DNA of 64,000 nucleotides from Octopus vulgaris (lineage: Eukaryota). Below are positions 56,570 through 64,000 of the stretch, piece after piece. Position numbers and translations under genes: made by a program. The DNA is taken from positions 154,256,001 to 154,320,000 of the forward strand of contig OX597815.1 in assembly GCA_951406725.2 (NCBI GenBank). The letters run 5' to 3'. Positions within the stretch are counted from its first letter, which is position 1. Each line of letters begins with the position of its first letter. The notes under the pieces are model-generated. The model was not told the origin of the DNA and made no database searches. It was given only the letters and a program-made list of their open reading frames with translations.

Positions 56570-57300
56570 TAGGGAAAGTTTACGAAAATAAACAAAAGAC
56601 GAAGGCAGGTGGAGTACAAACAAACAAATGTATTAGTATAGCGCTCAGGAATAGAAATAGAAAAAGTCTTTTACGTTTCGAGCCTACGCTCTTCGACAGA
56701 AAGATACACTGAAAAAAACAAGGAGAGAAACAAGGAGAGAAAAAAATGTGTGTAGGATCTAACGATCTATATATATATATATATATATGTACATACCAAC
56801 ATATATTTATATTTATATACATGCATATAAGCATAGGAAACGAACTTTTTTCGAACAACGAAAGAAACGAATAGAGAAACGAGACAGGCAACATAAAGAA
56901 TGTTCTTTTCATCAGTTGTCCCCTGTTTTAGCTAATCTGCCTTTCGAAGGTAGGGACAAGAAGCGACTAAAAATAGTCTTTCCCGCAAAGCAAATTAAAT
57001 AAATTATGGGATTTTCTGCGTAGGGTTGAAGTGGTAACAAAAACAGCACAGTGAGGAGAAAACAGTAAAAACAAACGGTGAGGGTTGTTAAGCGAAGACG
57101 ATGTGAAGTGGTGAACGCTGGAAAAACGAGCTTTGAGAAGAGAGGTAAAAGCACGTCTTGTCTTTAGGAAGGAAGTTGAAGAAAGAAATATGGATAGCCG
57201 TTGGTCACGTGGGAGCAAGGAAAGAGTCAAGGAGGAAGATCGAGAGAGAGCGAAGGAACGGTGAAGGCGAAAGGAGAAGAATAGGAAAAGGGTGGGAGAG
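56570..57300 (-). mobile_element. Penelope-like element remnant
   Basis: 3' part homologous to 32680-32850; hammerhead-like motif; HHFTSSSLNN weakly resembles a GIY-YIG C-terminus; ends in (TA)n. Confidence 0.6.
56667..56704 (-). ncRNA. Minimal hammerhead-like motif with variant core (CUGUCGAA)
   Basis: Reverse complement: tcttt-ctgtcgaa-gagc(gtag)gctc-gaaa-cg-ta-aaaga, with palindromic ACGT at stem III. Confidence 0.55.
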
Positions 57301-57475
57301 AAAAACAGAATTTAAGCAATATAATATATTCTGGGTTGTTATTAAAAAGTATAACAATAGGTATATATTCATTAATTTTTTAATTAACCTATAATTAATA
57401 AGGAAGTAATTATTAATTAGAGCAAATATATTAATATTTTATAAGGATTTAAATAATAAGGGTATATAAATATGT

Positions 57476-57780
57476 GGAAGCACAATGGCCCAGTGGTTAG
57501 GGCAGCGGACTCGCTGTCGGAGGATCGCGGTTTCAATTCCCAGACCGGACTTTGTGTGTGTTTATTGAGCGAAAACGCCTAAAAACCCGCGAGGCTCCGG
57601 CAAGGGGTGGTGGCGAACTTTCGTCCGAACTTTCTCTCACTCTTTCTTCCTGTTTCTTGGGTAACGCTGTGATGGACTGGCTTCCCATCCAGCTGGGGGA
57701 ACACATACAGCACAGAAACCGAAAAACCGGACCCATGAGTCTGACTAGGCTTGAAAACGGCGCATAAATAAATAAAAAAA
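57476..57780 (+). mobile_element. tRNA-derived SINE family C
   Basis: A box tggcccagtgg, B-box-like ggtttcaattcc, tRNA-like head (possible TCG/Arg anticodon), (TAAA)n/A tail. Confidence 0.8.
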
Positions 57781-58056
57781 TATATATGTAAGTAAAATAA
57801 ATTAAAAAGGGTAATATAATAGGTAAACATATACATATTTTTGAATGTACGCATTTATAAGTATAGCGATACAACAAAAATACAACAAAAAACAAAAAAT
57901 AATAACATAATAGAGAATCCAAAAGTAAACAGGTATATAAGAATTTCATTATTGCACGAATATCTACATATATTTAGAAAAATCCTTAAAATCCTTAAAA
58001 ATGTTTTAGCCCGAAGGCCGCGGCCATGCTGGGGCACCACCGCTGAATGAGCTACA

Positions 58057-61000
58057 CTAGTTTGTGAATCCACCTCTGATACGTGGCACTTGATCAACAA
58101 GGGAGTTCGATGCTGCTGCCCGCATCCGTGTCTCCTGTCGTGAGGTAGGTTCATCTGGGACTCCCAACAAGAAGAGATCCAGTTTAGTTTTAAAGAAACC
58201 CACATCCACACCATGTAAGTCTCTCAGGCATTTAGGGAGGATGTTAAAGAGCTGTGGTCCTCTGAAACCCAAGCTGTTGCAGTATCTGGACCTGTATTTT
58301 GATGGTGATGTTGGAATCCTTGGCACCACGCAGCGGCGCCCGTTCTGCGGTTGGAGTAACTTTGAATGCCAAAGTTTGGGACAAGACCCTCCAGGATTTT
58401 CCAGATGTATATCACTGCATATCTCTCCCGCCTCCGCTCCAGGGAGAAGAGGTTTAATACCTTCAGTCTTTCCCAGTAGCTGACATTTTGCATTGAGACG
58501 ATTTTCTTTGTGTAGCTTCTCTGAGTTGCTTCGAGTTCTGCTGTTTGTTTTATATTGTGTGGTGACCAAAGTTGGGAGCAGTAGTCCAAGCGGCTGAGGA
58601 CAAATGTTTTCCATAGGACCATCAGTGTCTCCTTCTCTCTTGTTCTGAAAGTTCGGAGAATCCATCCAGCTAGCCGTCTGCATTTTATCACCAGATTAGC
58701 AATATGCATTTGGAAAGATGCATCATTGCTCATGTCAATGCCCAGGTCACGCACTGATTTTGACTCAGGGATTGCAATTCTTCCTGGGCCAGTGTATCCA
58801 GTCTTCACGTTATTTACCTTTGTGTGCCAGTAGCGCAGGGCCTGGAACTTACCTGCATTAAACTGCATGTTGTTGTCCTCAGCCCACCTGTATATTGTGT
58901 CCAGCTCATGTTGCAGATGCGCAATATTTTCAGGGTTTTGTATTGCGTGGGAGACTTTTGTGTCATCTGCATAGCTAGCAAGGGTGGTCATCGTAGCAAC
59001 TGAAGGCATGTCTGAAAGGGCCACTATGAACATCAGTGGCCCCAAGACAGTGCCCTGTGGGACACCGCTTGTTATTTGCGTTTCCCTGGAGGTGGCTCCA
59101 TTGCTCACAACTGCCTGTTTTCTGTCTTTTAGGAAGTTGTGCAGCCACTCTCCAAGTTTCCCGCCTATGCCGAGACCACGCAGTTTGTGACAGATCATAC
59201 CATGGTCGACTTTATCAAAGGCTTTTGCAAAGTCAAGATATATTACATCCACATTTGAGCCATTTAGTAGCTGTTTCAACACCCAGTCATAGTGTTGCAG
59301 GAGCTGTGTTAGGCAGCCTCTACCTGGTCGAAATCCATGCTGGGTGTCAGACAGTAAGTCATTTTCTTCAAGGAACATGATTAGTTTCTTACGGACTATT
59401 CGTTCCATGACTTTGCTGATGTGTGAGGTCAGAGAGATAGGCCTATAATTTTTAGCATCTGCTCTGCTACCTCCCTTATGGATAGGGCATATTACCCCCT
59501 CTTTCAGTTTGACTGGGAGCTTACCACTTGCAAGAAAGCTCTGAAAAAGAAGCTGTAGCGGTTTTGCAAGGGCTCGTTTGCACGATTTGAGAAGGATCGC
59601 TGGGAATCCATCAGGTCCAGCAGCTGAGTTTGTGTCAATCTCATCAATGGCTAGTGTGATATCATCTTCGATGTTGATGTACTCAATTTTTGTCTCTTTG
59701 GCCGCTGGTAAAGTGGCAAAGAATTCTTCTGGGTTGTTTACTTGCCTGTGTCCTAGAGGTGTAGTGAACACACTTTGGAACTGTTCGTTCAGTATTTCAC
59801 TTATCCTCGTGGGATTTCCTGTGAGAGAGCCATCTTTTTGGAAGAGAGGTCCTATTCTCTGGTGCACTGTGGCTGTCTCTTTGGCAAACTTAAAGAAAGC
59901 TTTAGGGTTTGATTTTATATTTTCTATTACCCAAGCTTCTTTATCTGCTCTCTCCTTTTCATGGGACTGATGTAGACTTTTCTCAGTTTCCATTAGCATT
60001 CTTTCGAGCCGAGACTTCTCACCACTTTTGGTGTGCTTGCTCAGGCGGTTTGCAATCCTTGTCCGTCGTCTCATAAGAATCCTCCTTTCTCTAGGGATCC
60101 TGTTTTTATTCTTGTGTGTGCTGGCCCTGCACATTGGGACATATTTGTCACATATGGCTTGTATTATGGACATGAAGTGTTTGTGTTTCATGTTTATGTC
60201 CGGTGTGGAGAGACATTCAGGCCAATCCTGTTTGAGGATCTCTTTCTCAATCGACTTCCAGTTGGCTTTATGAAAGTTTAAGTTGGAGAGATGGTGGGTG
60301 CTTCGTATAGGCTGTGTGTCTGCGGGGGCTTTTGTTCCATACATAGACAGCTCTATTATGTTGTGATCCGAGATCATTGTCGGCATCACATTAACATTAT
60401 GGATAATATCCATATTGTTTGTAAAGCAGAGATCCAGTATATTATCTGCCCTTGTTGGTTGCAGAACTATTTGCTCCATGAAAGAGGTATTTGTGAGATG
60501 GAGCAGGGACTCCACCTGTGCCTGCTGATGGTGTGTCATCCCTGGGAGCATCTGCCCCCCAGGCCATCCCACATTGGGGAGGTTAAAGTCACCCATGAAG
60601 AATACACTGTTGTGCTGTTCAAGGTTGGTGAGGACTTCTCCTATTTTTGTTAGGCAGTCTTCAAACATGCCTGAGTGTTTTGGGGCGTCTGGTGGGCGAT
60701 ATGTAGTGCATATGACGATATTCAGTTGTCTTATGTGTACAATTTGAGTTTCACATACTGAGTTTGAATATGACAGCAGGACCTGGGGCGTGAGGTCATC
60801 TCGGATGTACATTGCAACTCCACCATGGCTCCTCCCTTTTCTATCTGTGCATATGACTGCATATTGCGGCATGTGTATTTCTGCATCACCTATATCGGGT
60901 TCAAGATGCGTTTCTGTGAGTGCCATGCATATAGCTTGATTGCATGTCACAAGGTCTCTCAGGAATGAAATTTTCTTTTTACAGTTTCCGCGCAGCAGCC

Positions 61001-61157
61001 CTCCTACATTCAGTAGAAATATTTTTGTGGTGTGTGTGTTGGTGTTGGTGTCTGTGGTGGCCATCCTGCATCTGTTGGAGGTGGCCTTATGTGGTGGTAG
61101 TTCCAGCTTTGTGCTTGTAGCCAGGTCAGCTGCTGAACAATTTTTTGTGCCATGCAC
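58057..61157 (-). CDS. LINE ORF2: AP endonuclease + reverse transcriptase (977 aa as given; 1033 aa if the 1-nt frameshift at 58339-58341 is repaired)
   Basis: APE motifs LNVGGL, LTETHL, YRPP, GDFN, LDL, SDH; RT motifs GPDG, YRPISL, QHGFR, YLDFAKAFD, GVPQG, YADD; C-terminus continues in the frame of ORF 58057-58683. Confidence 0.93.
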
Positions 61158-61905
61158 AAAAAAGACTGCTGTTCAGCTGCCGCCCTTCTCACATCTGGGT
61201 GAAGCTGGCCACCTGTTGGGTTTCCGCGCACCACATCTGCATACCGTCTTTCAGTAGTGGTCAGTGCGCTTTTTTCCCTTCTTTTAACTTTTTGTTTTTG
61301 TTCTCCCTGAGGGAGGGACCTCTGTCTCGCGTCCGTGCGGTTTTGGTAGGGCCTCCGATGTGCAAAGCGACAGTTTGCACCTTCAACGCCGTACCAGCAG
61401 TCCCCCTCAGGTAGAATTTGCAGGTGTTTCTTTCCCTGCCCTTACAGTTTTTGCTGGGGTCCCTCTGCTTTCTCTGGACAGGGCTTCCTTTAGCCTTGAT
61501 TCTGTCACCCTTTACCTCCTGCTTCCCATCAATTCCAGGGTGCCTTTCCTTTCTTGCGGCCATCGCACCTCTTTGGTCTTCAGTTGTGGTGTTGGAAGCT
61601 GGACATGTGTCATCGTTTCCCTGTGTTCCAGGCTTCTCCATTTGGCTCTGGATGCTTTCCTCATCCTTTTGGCCCTCCCTGCTGCCGTCACCTCCCAGGA
61701 TGATGTCCAGGGTGTCCACATGTTGCCTGATTAGAGCGTACGAACGGATAACTTCTCTCTTCTTTCGCTCTATCTGGGCGGTGGTTCTCGAAAAATTGTT
61801 GCTTTTCAGCGCCGCAGCAATAATGTCGTTCGGCGAGTCGTCCTCAGCGATCTTCCAAGCGCGGACGAACAATTGCACCTCTCTCGCAGACCAGTTTCTT
61901 GCCAT
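61010..61905 (-). CDS. LINE ORF1: Myb/SANT-like N-terminus + CCCH finger (298 aa if the 1-nt frameshift at 61402-61406 is repaired)
   Basis: ORF 61261-61905 joins the frame of ORF 61010-61234 on adding one G, giving CKFYLRGDCWYGVEGANCRFAH with no stop until 61010. Confidence 0.8.
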
Positions 61906-61919
61906 TTTCTTCTAGTGAA

Positions 61920-62790
61920 ATATAGGAACAGAGAGAGAGATAGAGAAGGAGAGATATGGAGAGGGAGAAGAGAAAGGAGAAAAGCCAGGGGGGATAGAGA
62001 GAGAGACGAGGGGATTTTCCTGAGAGAAGAGAGAAAGAGAGAAAATAAGAGGGAAAAAAAGAGAAAGGTGAGAGAATGGCAGGTCAGCAGGGGGAGAGTG
62101 AGCGGGATAGAGGTGTAGTAGAAAGGGACAGGGTGGAAAAGTGAGACAAGAGGGTGGACCCTAGGGGGGGCAGGGAGAAGAAAGGCGGAGAGATAAAATG
62201 GAGAGGAAGAGAGAGATGAAATGGAGAGGGAGAGAGAGAGAGGGCAGGATAGAGGTACCAGGGAGTGAAGTAAAGGGACAGAGAGGGTGGTGTGGAGGAA
62301 GGAGACAGAGAGAGGAAAAAAGAGACAGGGGGGTGGTGAGCCTTAGAGGGAACAGGGAGAGGAAAGGTAGGAAGAAAAAAGGGGGAAGAGGAAGAGAGGG
62401 GGCGCAACAAAGTGTAGTAAAGGGACAGGGAGGGTGGTGTAGAGAAAGAAATAAGGGGACAGAAGGGGAAGAGGAAAAGGGGTTTGACCTGTGAAGGAGC
62501 GGAGAGGAAAGAGGCAGAGAGAGGGAGGGGGAGTAACAGAGAGAGAGAGAGAGAAAGAGGGCGGTATATAGATACAAGAGAGAATGAGTGAAGTTGAGGA
62601 ACTGAGAGAGGGGGTGAGGTGAGAGAAAGTTGATCTGAGAGAGAGGCAGAAAGAGAAACGATTGCAGAGGGAGAGAGAGGGAGGAGGGGAGAGTGAGAGC
62701 GGAAATAGAGGGTCTGGTGGATGGGGAGACAGATAAGGTATAAACTGTATGAGAGAGATAGAAATAGAAATGTAAGAAAGAGAGGGAGAG
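61920..62790. repeat. GA-rich low-complexity tract (polypyrimidine on LINE sense strand)
   Basis: Direct. Confidence 0.9.
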
Positions 62791-63052
62791 ATTATAAAGA
62801 TAGAATAGCGCGTATTTTTATATCTTTTTAATTATTATTTTCTGTTTGAAAGAACACTAATGATAACAAATAATAAAAATGTATGAGAGAGATAGAAATA
62901 GAAATGTAAAAAAGAGAAAGAGAGAGTGCGTGGCAGGCACGAAATTATAAAGATTATAAAGATAGAATACCGCGTATTTTTTTATTTTTATATCTTTTTT
63001 TCTTTTTTTTTTTTTAATTATTTTCTGTTTGAAAGAACACTAATGATAACAA
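62746..63052. repeat. Imperfect tandem duplication of a ~130-bp unit
   Basis: tgtatgagagagatagaaatagaaatgtaa...gaaagaacactaatgataacaa at 62746-62870 and 62880-63052. Confidence 0.85.
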
Positions 63053-63809
63053 GATAAATAATATCTTACCTTACCGGCTGACATAGAGTACTTACGTGAT
63101 TCCTTTTTATAAGAAAGGAAGATAGATAGACAAGACAGACCTTTTATATTCCTCCCCAAGCGCACTTTGTAAACAAAAGGGGTTTGAGTTTCGATTTAGC
63201 ACATGCAACAGTTTCACGATACTTTCTATATTTTCCTAAGCGATTTGGTATTAAGCAGCAAATTTTTCAGAGGCTTTTTTCAGAACACGCAGATATACAT
63301 CAAAACGAAAATATCCTTCTCAAAAATACTGTGTCTTGTTGATTCACAGACGAAGAATAAAATTCACTTCGATTTCGGGAAGTAACACACGTGCGTTTTA
63401 ACACGTGTATTCGCGAGTATGTTCTAGTTGCAAATACTACATCAAAAGCGAAAATATTCTTCTCAAATACAGTGACTTGTTGTACTATCACTTATATTCG
63501 CTTTGCAGACAATTTCGCTTCTGATAACATCAATCTCTGGAAGGACTTCTTTAATATTTAGGAGAGACACGTTAACACACTTGTTGTTAGTTCAGCGCCA
63601 TCTTATATGTAGATGTATATGCCATGATCTTATATGCCATCTTAGGTGTAGATGTATAATTAATAAATATTGCTATGGCTAAAACGCGTCCTAAAACTTG
63701 TGTAAATTTATATATGGGCCGACCAAATCCTTGTGAGTGAGTTTGGTTGATGGAAATTGAAAGAAAGCCTTCGTGTAAATATATATCTATATATATATAT
63801 ATATATATA

Positions 63810-64000
63810 CAAAATGAGAAAATGGAGAAACATGCCTAAATCAATCATCAACCATCAGATAATACCCAATCAATACTTTATTAAACCATTACACAACAGC
63901 AATGACATTATACATAATATATTACAAATATAACTAGACATAGAAAAGAAATAGAATATACAATTAGATTGTAGCTGACAGCTGTTTCTGCCGTGAAGGA
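63810..64000 (-). mobile_element. Probable Penelope-like pLTR end cut by the window edge
   Basis: Reverse complement of the last 40 nt has GAAA-CAGCTG (palindrome)-TC, the 3' half of a minimal hammerhead; abuts (TA)n. Confidence 0.45.

Larger units (their letters stand above)
57980..61911 (-). mobile_element. Near-intact two-ORF APE-RT LINE (CR1-group or Proto2-like; clade unresolved); 5' leader may extend beyond 63100
   Basis: ORF1 plus overlapping ORF2, short 3' UTR with stem-loop and (TTTTAAGGA)2 tail; no TSD found. Confidence 0.93.

Noticed and set aside
56880-56930. Hammerhead at minus-strand ctgatga-aaaga...tcttt
   Set aside because: No GAAA box or stem III follows the hairpin.
57476-57555. 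tRNA gene
   Set aside because: tRNA-like head runs into a SINE body and A-rich tail; acceptor stem and T-arm are imperfect.
58241-62577. Plus-strand ORFs over the LINE and ORFs in the GA tract
   Set aside because: Antisense shadows of ORF1/ORF2 or low-complexity translations.

Overview
AT-rich, microsatellite-dense, repeat-dominated animal DNA with no supportable host gene. The tRNA-derived SINE families and repeat landscape resemble an octopus (cephalopod) genome; this is an inference from recall, not a search. Main contents: (1) two clusters (~2-12.7 kb and ~36.9-39.6 kb) of 5'-truncated R4/Dong-type restriction-like-endonuclease retrotransposons and a ~560-bp non-coding element, almost all in (TAA)n tracts with the same polarity; (2) a near-intact APE-RT LINE at ~58-62 kb (minus strand). 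Its ORF1 joins a Myb/SANT-like N-terminus to a CCCH finger, each ORF is broken only by one 1-nt homopolymer frameshift, it has a candidate 5'-leader intron, and its 3' stem-loop is shared with a common SINE; (3) Penelope-type remnants in (TA)n carrying two kinds of non-canonical minimal hammerhead-like motif, one inside a ~470-bp foldback; (4) a recent 1.68-kb inverted duplication at 48.9-53.6 kb that creates a TA-flanked Tc1 composite with ~1-kb inverted arms; (5) mariner, Tc1, MITE and Helitron relics. Most short ORFs in the track are microsatellite or antisense artefacts.
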